Assembly (NCBI GenBank): GCA_040275305.1
Contig: JBEOJY010000022.1
Coordinates: 3,455-67,454 of the forward strand
From: Bdellovibrionales bacterium
Lineage (GTDB): Bacteria; Pseudomonadota; Alphaproteobacteria; UBA9219
Reading direction: 5' to 3'
Length of the DNA: 64,000 nucleotides
This document shows positions 52,645 through 64,000 of this stretch, piece after piece. The translations under genes and the position numbers were made by a program. Each line of letters opens with the position of its first letter. Positions within the stretch are counted from its first letter, which is position 1. The notes beneath the pieces are model-generated. The model searched no databases. It was given only the letters and a program-made list of their open reading frames with translations, and had not been told where the DNA came from.

Positions 52645-52872
52645 GGTTGCGAAGCTCATCGAGCTATGTTGCGCCCCATCAAAACTTTTCAGATTATAGC
52701 AGGATAGAATAACGCGATCGCGGGAATTTGGCATTGTTGTCGCCAAGAGTAACAAGGCAACATGGCGATAGGATTGCCGTTTTACTTTTTGTTTCAGTTT
52801 TTAATCGCTCTGCGGCTTGATTCTTCGCCTCTTCCTTGAGGATTGCGAAGCCTACTCACAATCGCGTTAACT

Positions 52873-53173
52873 TATACTCCGTAGGATTGGAAAGCCGAAA
52901 ACGCAACAAGGGCCGTCATCGCGAAGAGCCCTCTTCGGGCGACGACGCGATCCAGAGTCGGCGGCGATGTCCTGTGGGATTCTGGATTGCTTCCGCCGTC
53001 GTTGCTACGCAACTATGGCGGACAGGTCGCCCCCAAGAAGGGGGCTCGCAATGACGGTCCTTGCGGGAATCTCCTCGCGATTGACGGCCCTTCTGCCAGG
53101 ATTGTCTTTCATGAGCCACAAGAAGCGCTTTCCGGGCCAGTCATTTTTCGGGTTTCCAATCATACGGAGTATA
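52873..53173. mobile_element. MITE-like element (TATAC-TIR family) with cargo inverted relative to 49805..50114
   Basis: 29-bp TIR tatactccgtaggattggaaagccgaaaa / ttttcgggtttccaatcatacggagtata with two mismatches. Confidence 0.85.
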
Positions 53174-53240
53174 CCCTACACGTTAACGCATTGTTGGATA
53201 ACAAAACTTATCTTGGCCGAAAGTCTCATGTGTGGACGGC

Positions 53241-53375
53241 GCAAGCCGGAATCCAGCTTGCGAGCGGCAGCGAGAGGAAAAGAACGAATTCACGGCCTGC
53301 GATCAAGGGTGCGCTTTTGACTCCTTCGCGCCGCAGACGCGGCGTTGCTGGATTCCGGCTTTCGCCGGAATGACG
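53241..53375. repeat. REP-like palindrome (gccggaatccag...ctggattccggctttcgccggaatgacg)
   Basis: Related to the cargo at 21029..21172. Preceded at about 53196 by ataacaaaacttatcttggccgaaag, also found reverse-complemented at about 5106-5131. Confidence 0.75.
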
Positions 53376-53596
53376 CGGACGGTCACAACGAATCTTGTTT
53401 TGTAGCAATGAGTTAATGTGTAGGGTAGCGTGTCATTATGCCGAAATCGTTAGCAACTTTAATTCTGCCCTGATGGGCGCCCGCCTTCGCGGACGTGATG
53501 CCTTGCTGTCTGAGTGTTTTTGGGAAGCATCACGTTCCCTCCACCGGGGTTGCCCATCACAGACAACCCCAAGTCCGGGAGCTTCAACCAACTCGC

Positions 53597-54007
53597 TTAC
53601 GCGACCTTGCTGCTCTTTTGCACGATCTTAGTGATGGCTGTGTTGGTGTATTGCGCGACTGGATCCATCGCTTCTTTGGTCATGCGGGCGGAGATTTCAG
53701 AAATTTTTCCGGTCCCTACCATCCAGCATTCAAACAGGTCTTTCATGAATTCCGTTTGAATGTCGACCAATTCACGGGGGTTCTTGACGCTGGAGAGCGT
53801 TTTGCTCACGTTCATTACGCGATTTACGCTGTCTTGCATCAAACTTCCGGCACTGCGCGACGATTCATCGAGGCCGCGCGTCACGGCGGTGGCCGATTTC
53901 ATCGCAACATCGACCGATTCGCGCGCGAGGCAATTCATTTCCTCGCAAAGTTGCGCAAGATTCTGGGCGACCTTTTCGACCTGTTCGTTGGGGAATACGT
54001 TGTTCAT
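53597..54007 (-). CDS. Phasin family protein
   Basis: SD AAGGAG; helical pattern ...KTLSSVKNPRELVDIQTEFMK...KISE...EAMDPV. Confidence 0.8.
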   Translation of the reverse strand: MNNVFPNEQVEKVAQNLAQLCEEMNCLARESVDVAMKSATAVTRGLDESSRSAGSLMQDSVNRVMNVSKTLSSVKNPRELVDIQTEFMKDLFECWMVGTGKISEISARMTKEAMDPVAQYTNTAITKIVQKSSKVA

Positions 54008-54425
54008 GGTTGATCTCCTTTGATACTGGCTATTCGGTTGCGTGATAGTTTCCAAATTTCGCGATGCGCTTGCGCCGCCCTGCGGCAAAGAAGCGGGAGA
54101 TGTTGCATCTTTCCGTTTTCTTTGCGCCGGTTTTCGCTTCGCTTTCGCTGGCGATTGCTCTGATCTTGACGACATGTGCCTCCATCGACCTGCACATTAC
54201 GGTTATTTGAGCGCCTTGACATTTTCCCCATGTGGAAACTTGCCCTTGGGAGACAGGGCCCTTTGTCGGATCATCTGGATTGACCCTGACCGCATCTGCT
54301 TGCTCTGGAACGCACTCAGGCGATTCTTGCAACCGCTCCGACACTTCACGCTCCTTTCTTCATGCTGCGTTGCAACATGGTAAATCCGCTCTTCCAACTC
54401 GTCAAGTGTCCTTACGATTTTTAGT

Positions 54426-54652
54426 TATACTCCGTTTCCTTGAAAGCACGAAAAAGGACCGTCATTCCGAAAAATTTTCTTTTCGGATTGCGAAGCAAGC
54501 TGATAAGAAAATTTATGCGGAATCCGCTGTTTTTCATGAGGTTTGGACAAGATCGGATTCCGCATCTCCGCTTTCCGACCTGAGGGGTCGGAAGCTTCGT
54601 GCGGAATGACAGCCCTTTTTGCTTTTTCGGATTTTCAATCGTACAGAGTATA
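54426..54652. mobile_element. MITE-like element (TATAC-TIR family), direct copy of 5128..5352
   Basis: Aligns end to end with 5128..5352 apart from scattered substitutions and a small indel. Confidence 0.85.
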
Positions 54653-54753
54653 CCTGCCTTCAAACTGCTTGCATTCGCGCGCGCAAAATCTCAGAGTTGA
54701 GTATCCTGATGTTTTTCTCCTCCGTTGACAGTCCCTTTCCGGGTTTGCGCCTC

Positions 54754-56070
54754 ATGCCTTACTTACGCCTTGTCCATTCGCCGCGTTTGATTTTAGCCGT
54801 TTGTCTTGCTTTCGTTTTGGCGATTGTGGCGGCTCCTTCGCCAGCTTTCGCTAAAAAACAGTCCCATCACCGTTCTTCTCATAGCCGCGCCACCGTTTCG
54901 CGCAGCGCCGAGTATTCGGATATCGTGATTGAGGCTGATGGCGGTCGGATTTTGCATTCGGTCAATTCCGATTCCGTGCGCCACCCGGCTTCCTTGACCA
55001 AGATGATGACGCTTTATTTGACGTTTCAGGCTTTGGAGGCTGGCCGTATCGGTCTCAATCAATATCTACCCGTTTCGGCCTACGCGGCAGAACAGTCTCC
55101 ATCTAAATTAGGGCTGCGTCCGGGCCATCGCATTAAGGTTGAAGACGCGATTCTTGGCCTTGTCACGCAATCGGCGAACGATGCCGCAGTGGTTCTGGCG
55201 GAATGGTTGGGCGGAAGCGAATCGCGTTTCGCGCAAATGATGACGCGGCAGGCGCAAGCGCTCGGCATGACAAAGACGCGATTCCAGAACGCTTCGGGGC
55301 TTCCGAACGACGCGCAAGTGACGACGGCTCATGACATGGCGGTGCTTGGCCTCGCGCTGTTCGAGCATTTCCCTCAATTTTATCCTTATTTTAGCACGGA
55401 GAACTTTACGTACGGCGGCATTAACCACGACAACCACAATCATTTGATGGAGCGTTACGACGGGATGGACGGGATCAAGACTGGCTATATTCGAGCCTCA
55501 GGATTCAATCTTGTCGCGTCGGCCAAGCGACGCGATGCGCGCCTGATTGGAGTCGTCTTTGGCGGCAAGTCCGCTGTCACGCGCGACAACCGCATGGCTA
55601 GTCTTCTTGATCAGTCGTTCGAGAAATTGCGGCGCGAGCGAACGAATATCGCCAGCGCGGACGATTCCGAAGCGGCGCAAGGCGACGCGAGCGATGACGC
55701 GGATTCCGACCGTCCAACAGGCGCAACGATCCGGGTTCCGACCAAAACTCTTGCCATGTTTCAGCCACGCGCCAGCGAATCAAAACGCTCCAGGGGCGGG
55801 GACGATACTTCTTTGGCGGGGAATTCCAATTGGGGCGTTCAGATCGGCTCCTATAGCTCTCCGGAAATCGCGCGGCAGGCCATCGCCAATCTGGTGGGCG
55901 TGATGCCGCAGGTTCTCGGCAGCGCCGATCCGCAGATTACGGTGGCGGGCAATGGCAGCGCCGCGCTATATCGCGCCAGACTGTTGTCGCTTGACGCCAA
56001 AACAGCGCAAGCGGTGTGCGGCTGGATGATCAAGCAAGGCCTGAACTGCTTGACTGTCAACCAGCAATAG
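54754..56070 (+). CDS. D-alanyl-D-alanine carboxypeptidase (peptidase S11) with C-terminal SPOR domain
   Basis: HPASLTKMMT (SxxK), SAN, GIKTGY; C-terminal WGVQIGSY...LYRARL SPOR pattern. Confidence 0.92.
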   Translation: MPYLRLVHSPRLILAVCLAFVLAIVAAPSPAFAKKQSHHRSSHSRATVSRSAEYSDIVIEADGGRILHSVNSDSVRHPASLTKMMTLYLTFQALEAGRIGLNQYLPVSAYAAEQSPSKLGLRPGHRIKVEDAILGLVTQSANDAAVVLAEWLGGSESRFAQMMTRQAQALGMTKTRFQNASGLPNDAQVTTAHDMAVLGLALFEHFPQFYPYFSTENFTYGGINHDNHNHLMERYDGMDGIKTGYIRASGFNLVASAKRRDARLIGVVFGGKSAVTRDNRMASLLDQSFEKLRRERTNIASADDSEAAQGDASDDADSDRPTGATIRVPTKTLAMFQPRASESKRSRGGDDTSLAGNSNWGVQIGSYSSPEIARQAIANLVGVMPQVLGSADPQITVAGNGSAALYRARLLSLDAKTAQAVCGWMIKQGLNCLTVNQQ

Positions 56071-56090
56071 CTTTTTTCGCGGGGTGTTTC

Positions 56091-57323
56091 TTGAGTCGCA
56101 TCGCTTCTACGCCGCTTGCCGTCAGCTGGGTTATGGCTTCGATTTCCGGCTACGGAATTTATGGCTTACAAATCGTTATGGAGTACCTGCGTCGCGGAGG
56201 AAAACAGGTCATTTTGCCCAGTCAGCCTGTGCTGCCTCGTCTCGACGGGTTGGAAGGATTATCTCCGCTCGCGCGATACAGGCTGGAGCCTTACTTCGAG
56301 CTGTCGCGGAGGCTTTCGGCGTGGAGAGGACAGAACCCCGAAGCGATTCTCGGCTTTCGCCATCCCGTTTTGCATGGTTGCAGCGCCGACTTCGCTGGAT
56401 TTCCCGGTCAGGATAAAATATGGGGCGAACCGAACGTCGCGTGCTGCGCGATGGAGCATGTCGGGTGTTCGGAACATGGGTTGAAGCTTTCGAAAAACTA
56501 CGATCTCTTTATCGCTATTTCACGGTGGAACCAACAAATACTTCAAAGTTGCGAGCTGGGCGGACCAACACATCTTTGTTATCAGGGCATTGATCCGGTT
56601 TTATTCGCGCCGGGGGCCAAGTCAGGCCTTTTTTCTGATCGTTTCGTTGTTTTTTCTGGTGGAAAATTCGAATTTCGCAAGGGACAGGATATCGTCATCA
56701 CGGCCTTCAAGCGATTTCGCGAGAAGCATCCCGACGCTTTGCTTGTCGCGTGCTGGCAAAATCTGATGGGTTCGCACCCCCTTCCCTTCCAGCTTGCCGG
56801 GCATTGCGAGGATGTTCCGGAAATGGCACAGGATTTCGGCCTCAGGATTTCTGAATGGATTCTCAAGCAGGGCTTGCCTCCTGACAGCTTCATAGATTTG
56901 TCTTTCACTCAAAATCACATGATGCCGCCCGTCTTGCGCGATTGCGATGTGGCGATTTTTCCCAATAGATGCGAGGGCGGCACTAATCTCGTCGCGATGG
57001 AGGCGATGGCGTGCGGCATTCCGACCTATGTTTCCTACAACACCGGACAGAAGGATCTTGTCGATTTGATCGGCTGCCCAGCGTTTTCACATCAGAAAGA
57101 AGTTAGATCCGCTCCTTCCGTCAAGACTTTGCAGGACTGGGGCGAGACGGACGTGGAGGAGGTCGTCGCGGCGATGGAGTCTGTCTATCATCGGCGCGAA
57201 GATGCGCGGCGCGATGCGGAACGGCTATCGGTTAAGCTGCGAGAACAATGGGCATGGGGTCCCCTCAACTCCAAGCTTCTGGATATCGTTTACGAGCATA
57301 GCGTAGAGAGCAAGGCGGCATGA
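56091..57323 (+). CDS. Glycosyltransferase family 4 (GT-B)
   Basis: SGYGIYG, YQGIDPVLF, GGKFEFRKGQD, FPNRCEGGTNLVAMEAMACGIP. TTG start at 56091 inferred. Confidence 0.88.
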   Translation: MSRIASTPLAVSWVMASISGYGIYGLQIVMEYLRRGGKQVILPSQPVLPRLDGLEGLSPLARYRLEPYFELSRRLSAWRGQNPEAILGFRHPVLHGCSADFAGFPGQDKIWGEPNVACCAMEHVGCSEHGLKLSKNYDLFIAISRWNQQILQSCELGGPTHLCYQGIDPVLFAPGAKSGLFSDRFVVFSGGKFEFRKGQDIVITAFKRFREKHPDALLVACWQNLMGSHPLPFQLAGHCEDVPEMAQDFGLRISEWILKQGLPPDSFIDLSFTQNHMMPPVLRDCDVAIFPNRCEGGTNLVAMEAMACGIPTYVSYNTGQKDLVDLIGCPAFSHQKEVRSAPSVKTLQDWGETDVEEVVAAMESVYHRREDARRDAERLSVKLREQWAWGPLNSKLLDIVYEHSVESKAA

Positions 57324-57324
57324 G

Positions 57325-58065
57325 ATGATTAAACCCTTGATCGTCGTCGGGACGCCGTGTTTCGGCGGGCTGGTTGCGCAGGATTACACGATGTCGCTGC
57401 TCAGCCTTGCGGCGGCGGCACAGCAGGCGAAATTCGATATGGCCGTCGTCATGCTGGGGAACGACGCGCTGATTACGCGCGGGCGCAGCGCCATCGTCGC
57501 CCGGTTTCTCGATATGCCGGGGGCGACTCATTTGCTGTTCGTCGATTCCGATATTTCCTTCGATCCGGCGCAGGTTGTAAGAATGCTACGGTTCGACAAG
57601 GACTTCGTTGCGGGCCTGTATCCCGCCAAGGTCATTGACTGGCAAGGCGCGGCAGAGCGATTTCATCCGCAGGGCGAGGGGTTGGACGAAGCGGGGTTGC
57701 GTTATGTTGGGGATTTATGCGTCGGAGCGGAGGCGCGCCGCGAGGACGGTTTCGCGACGGCGACCTACGCAGGAACAGGATTTCAACTGATCAAGCGCGG
57801 GGCGTTCGAGCGGATGATTGCGGCCTATCCCGAAACCCAATACAGCAACATCCATGCGTGGCCGCCGCAGGGCGGTAGCGACAATCTCTACGCCCTGTTC
57901 GATTGCGTGATCGACAAGGATACGGGTGCTTACTTAAGCGAAGATTTCGCGTTCTGCCGCAGATGGAGGGCCATCGGGGGCGAAATCTGGCTCGACCTGC
58001 AAAGCCGCCTCAACCACTGCGGCCCCTATACTTATCGGGGCAACGCAGCGGCGAGGTTTGGTTAA
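57325..58065 (+). CDS. GT-A fold (GT2-like) glycosyltransferase
   Basis: VGTPCFGG, LITRGRSAIVARFL, THLLFVDSDI (DxD), YLSEDFAFCRRWR..GGEIW.D. Confidence 0.8.
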   Translation: MIKPLIVVGTPCFGGLVAQDYTMSLLSLAAAAQQAKFDMAVVMLGNDALITRGRSAIVARFLDMPGATHLLFVDSDISFDPAQVVRMLRFDKDFVAGLYPAKVIDWQGAAERFHPQGEGLDEAGLRYVGDLCVGAEARREDGFATATYAGTGFQLIKRGAFERMIAAYPETQYSNIHAWPPQGGSDNLYALFDCVIDKDTGAYLSEDFAFCRRWRAIGGEIWLDLQSRLNHCGPYTYRGNAAARFG

Positions 58066-58074
58066 ATTCAATTT

Positions 58075-58293
58075 CTAGGGCTGACAGGACTGCGCTCTGG
58101 TTGGGCGTCTTTTTCTCCCGTCTGGTCTCTTCAGGTATTGCGCTTTCCAAGTAGGTTCTTGCGCCATGTTCCCGCTTGGTTGCTCCTGTGTTGGAAACAC
58201 AATGATTTGTCCCACTGGCTTCCTGTCGCGCGTAACGTTATAGACGCATTTGTCTTCTGTGCTTCCTTCTATATCTTTTAATATTTGTGTCAT
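58075..58293 (-). CDS. Small hypothetical protein
   Basis: SD GGGGAG upstream of ATG 58293; no motif recognised. Confidence 0.45.
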   Translation of the reverse strand: MTQILKDIEGSTEDKCVYNVTRDRKPVGQIIVFPTQEQPSGNMAQEPTWKAQYLKRPDGRKRRPTRAQSCQP

Positions 58294-58790
58294 TTTTACT
58301 CTCCCCAATTTGCAGCGGCAGGCCTAGCCAGCCGACAGCGTCTGTCATTCCCCGCTTTACAATAGACGCGGAGAATTGAAGCCCTTTGATCCGCGCAATT
58401 GCGGCGATGGGGGAGGTTCAGGCTTTGGGAAGAGATAATTAAGGCTCTGCCCGCGCGTTGAAGGTCACCCATCCAGGGACCACAGCGCGGGGGCTTATCT
58501 TTGACGGATAAGCCTTGGCCGTGGCGCTTTAGCTAGTGGTAACGCGGCAGCAAGCTGCTCCTGTCAAATCCCGCGAGCTTTTTTTAAGAGGAAGCCAACC
58601 TCAGTACAATCATGGAAACACAAGAGCGGATTCTCGTCAAGCCTAGAAATGCTTTCGACATGCATTCTTGGCAGCCCCCAAGCTCTTCATTGGCTTCACG
58701 AAGACAACCATTGCGCAATGACGGTCCATTCCGCAAGGATGTCCTCTGCCCCCATCAAGAACGGGCGTGGGAGTTACCGCTCCTGTTAAT

Positions 58791-58891
58791 TTCCCATAAG
58801 TTATTACCTATAATAGATTTTTCCCATTTATTCGCTTGACTCGGGCCCCCAACATCTTCTAGCTACCTGATTATTCCCATTTTTAATGGGA
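58791..58891 (+). promoter_or_regulatory. Promoter region with repeated TTCCCAT boxes and a TCCCATT-N3-AATGGGA palindrome
   Basis: TTCCCAT at 58791, 58821 and 58874; palindrome 58875-58891; TATAAT at 58810 and TTGACT at 58836. Confidence 0.55.
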
Positions 58892-58915
58892 TATCTCTTT
58901 TGTCAGGAGCTTGCC

Positions 58916-59425
58916 ATGGCCGTTGCCCACCGCCGTCCCCCCGTTGCCTCAGACCGACGCTTGCGTCCCAACAGGGAGGGCGTGTCGGACTATGGGCCGC
59001 GCGAGCGTTGGCAGCATTCTGGGCGCGCGTTGGAACGCACGGAACGCGAGGGGATTCTTGCGGCGCGGGCGACCGAGGAACATGTGCTGGATGTCCTCGG
59101 ATTGCTGGGGATTCTCTCCTCCCGTCAGCGCGGCGCCGCTCTGGCGCTCAAGCAGGATTTTCAACAGGCGAGCCTGTCCGAGCATGTGACAAGCGGGTAT
59201 AATCCCGTGCGAGTCGATCAAAGCCCAACGCCCGGCACGCGCGACCGCACCGATGCGGAAGAAGCCGCCTACAGCCGCTGGAGGGCCGCCGCGAAATCGC
59301 TTGGCGCTCGACATTCCGGCGTGGTGCTGGCGACGGTTTGTTATGATCAATCCCCCTGCCCCGCCCAAATCGCTCTTTTGCGCGAGGGGTTGGAAAGGCT
59401 GGCGCGGTGGTACAGGATGGCATGA
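58916..59425 (+). CDS. DUF6456-like protein (phage/GTA-associated regulator type)
   Basis: SD AGGAG; pattern L..LG.L..RQ..AA..L..DF..A.L...VT..Y ... RWRAA..SLG...V..VC...LREGLERLARWY. Confidence 0.65.
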   Translation: MAVAHRRPPVASDRRLRPNREGVSDYGPRERWQHSGRALERTEREGILAARATEEHVLDVLGLLGILSSRQRGAALALKQDFQQASLSEHVTSGYNPVRVDQSPTPGTRDRTDAEEAAYSRWRAAAKSLGARHSGVVLATVCYDQSPCPAQIALLREGLERLARWYRMA

Positions 59426-59519
59426 CCCCTTTATTTTCGTAGATTATATGCTATTTCTTGTGTTTCCTCGCTTTTATTGAGAGCGAGGCAGCCATTGCAT
59501 TTGAAAGGCGCATGATCCC

Positions 59520-62201
<2,682 letters not shown>

Positions 62202-62407
62202 TTGGAATAAATCGCTATACTTCTCAATTACTTGTTACAGACTACGAATGCGGCCCTCAATAGGTTTTTCGCAGACAACGATTTAATTAAACAATATTTT
62301 ATGTTTGGCAACCATAATGAACTTCTTGCTAATTGAATAATTTGCAAATATCTTGAAAGTTGGTTTTATTATATCTTCTTAAACTGTTAGCTGGGGTTAT
62401 TAGTGAG

Positions 62408-62821
62408 ATGAAAAAAAATATTATTGCCTATTCGATTGCCGCGTTGTTGTCCACACAAGCTTACCCTACGCTTGCAGGGGGCGTGGTTGAGGTCGGCGGC
62501 AATTTTGATCGAGGTCTAGCACCGAACAGAGCAAATACGGGCTATTGCATTCGTATAGGGAACAAATTCGACTGCAACCTTGTTGATACGGATGGATCCA
62601 TTCGCGAGGAACGCAGGGGCAATCGTCCAGAGCAAGGCGGTATTGTTCCGCTTCAAAAAAATGGCTACGGTTTAGGTGGTGTGGACGAACAGATTGCCCC
62701 TCATGGCGTTAATAGCAATCGAGGTGGTGCTTCTATAAATGGGAAAGTTATACCTGGTGGCTTCACTAGCCATCGAGGAGGAGTTCATACTTGTATCGGG
62801 GTGATAGGCTGCGGGCGATAG
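62408..62821 (+). CDS. Secreted Gly-rich orphan protein
   Basis: Signal peptide MKKNIIAYSIAALLSTQAYPTLA; two Cys pairs; lies in an AT-rich island. Confidence 0.65.
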   Translation: MKKNIIAYSIAALLSTQAYPTLAGGVVEVGGNFDRGLAPNRANTGYCIRIGNKFDCNLVDTDGSIREERRGNRPEQGGIVPLQKNGYGLGGVDEQIAPHGVNSNRGGASINGKVIPGGFTSHRGGVHTCIGVIGCGR

Positions 62822-62964
62822 TCATAGTGATTAAAGTCTGGAAGGGCATAAATCAGGGGTGATGTTTATTGACAGCTTTTTGAAGGAGTCGTGTCGCGAG
62901 AGCAGCCTTACTGACTTAGCTGTTTATCTGTTCAAGCATCGGTGCAACACTCTTTTAAAGATTC

Positions 62965-63564
62965 TTAGGCAGTTACTCCCTGTTGGCCGGCTGCGGCGCT
63001 CATCCAGAAAAGCGCTTTTGGCAATGACGGTTCCGTTCCCCAGCCGTTATAGTAGCACTTGGCCAGATGGATCTGCGCTTCGGCGAATCCGTCTTCTGCC
63101 GCGCTTTTCCGCAGAACAAACGCTCTCAACTCGTCTTTTTTACCGAGACACCCATGATGATACAAGTCGGCTAGGGCGATTTTCGCGCAGGACGGCGTAA
63201 AATCTTGTAGATAGTCAGGCATGACAGCGGAGCACTTGTAGTACTTTGCAGCTATCGAGAAATTTTTTGCGGCCGCAGAGTAGGCCTGTTGTTTTTCATT
63301 GGGTTCTGCTTTGTCCAGAATTGTCCTTGCCATATGCTCTGCCAATAGCCCTAACCCGAATGATGCCCCCGGAACGCAGAATTCCGGCGGCGAGATTGGT
63401 TCTAAACATGCTGATGCTTTCTTCATTTCCTCAGCTAACTTTTCCGGGGACGATGCACAAACCGCTTCGATGACATGCTGGAACCCGCTTATCAGAGCTT
63501 GTCTGGTTTCTGTATAAATTTTTTCTCTTTGCATACTTACGATTCCATATCCTATTGTTATCAT
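62965..63564 (-). CDS. Sel1-like repeat protein
   Basis: AKIALADLYHHG...DELRAFVLRKSAAEDG-FAEAQIHLAKCYYNGWGTEPSLPKALFWMSAAAGQ. Start uncertain (63564 or 63534). Confidence 0.8.
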   Translation of the reverse strand: MITIGYGIVSMQREKIYTETRQALISGFQHVIEAVCASSPEKLAEEMKKASACLEPISPPEFCVPGASFGLGLLAEHMARTILDKAEPNEKQQAYSAAAKNFSIAAKYYKCSAVMPDYLQDFTPSCAKIALADLYHHGCLGKKDELRAFVLRKSAAEDGFAEAQIHLAKCYYNGWGTEPSLPKALFWMSAAAGQQGVTA

Positions 63565-63601
63565 TTCGGAAACAATTCCTTTTATATAGCATGCGGCCTC
63601 C

Positions 63602-64000
63602 ATGACGCAACCCCTCACCCCTTCCCTGCTCCTGCAAGCCTATGCGCAAGGAGTCTTTCCGATGGCGGAGAGCGCGGAGAGCCACGAGCTTTACTGGTTC
63701 AGTCCGCCGTTGCGGGCGGTTATCCCGCTTGTCGGGCGGTTTCATGTTTCGCGCAGTTTGCGCAAGACGATCAAGGGCAAGCCGTTTGATATCGTGTTAA
63801 ACGGCGATTTCGATGCCGTGATCCGCGCCTGCGCGGAGCCTGCGGAAGACAGGCCGACAACATGGATCAACCAAGAGATTTTTGATCTTTACGGGGCGCT
63901 GCACCGGATGGGGCAGGCGCATTCCATCGAGGCGCGGGACCGCGCGACGGGGGCTTTGGTCGGCGGGCTTTATGGCGTCAGTCTGGGCGGGGCGTTTTTC
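63602..64000 (+). CDS. aat: Leucyl/phenylalanyl-tRNA--protein transferase (3'-truncated by the window)
   Basis: [57 protein letters not shown]. Confidence 0.95.
   Translation, partial: MTQPLTPSLLLQAYAQGVFPMAESAESHELYWFSPPLRAVIPLVGRFHVSRSLRKTIKGKPFDIVLNGDFDAVIRACAEPAEDRPTTWINQEIFDLYGALHRMGQAHSIEARDRATGALVGGLYGVSLGGAFF

Noticed and set aside
54030-54344. 104-aa minus-strand ORF upstream of the phasin
   Set aside because: No motif or convincing RBS; more likely promoter/leader DNA.
58400-58590. Assignment as 6S RNA or a c-di-GMP riboswitch
   Set aside because: Lacks the usual zapA/ygfA context and central bubble of 6S, and does not match the c-di-GMP-I consensus; kept only as an unassigned structured region.

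Overview
Moderately GC-rich alphaproteobacterial chromosomal segment, probably Rhodospirillales/Micavibrionales-like (inferred from the gene set). The backbone is housekeeping: prfB with its programmed +1 frameshift, ftsZ, PBP1A, usg, trpS, rluD, dps, aspartate aminotransferase, amn, ftsY, alr, mraZ-rsmH-ftsL-ftsI-murE running directly into lptC-lptA-lptB, rnd, tRNA-Leu(CAG), guaB, glmM, a hprK/rapZ/manX/ptsH/ptsI cluster, a phasin, a D,D-carboxypeptidase, valS and a partial aat. Two accessory layers sit on top. (1) Many visibly AT-richer orphan genes are inserted singly or in pairs: a hydrolase-dead, C-terminally truncated RelA/SpoT homolog next to guaB; a TPR plus CheD/NTAN1/CNF1-fold Cys-His deamidase; a tandem pair of unrecognised paralogs; an XRE-GNAT module facing two microproteins; a trimeric autotransporter with a secreted partner; an orphan DUF6456-like regulator with an operator-like promoter; and microproteins resembling pieces of flagellar rod and chemoreceptor tip. 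(2) There is a family of short non-coding elements in which conserved TIR-bearing arms (TATACTCC...GGAGTATA or GTAACTTCCAAG...CTTGGAAGTTAC) enclose different CGTCAT...ATGACG palindromic cargoes. In two copies the cargo is inverted relative to the arms. No transposase, integrase, CRISPR array or rRNA was seen. All family assignments come from motif recognition by eye, not from database searches.
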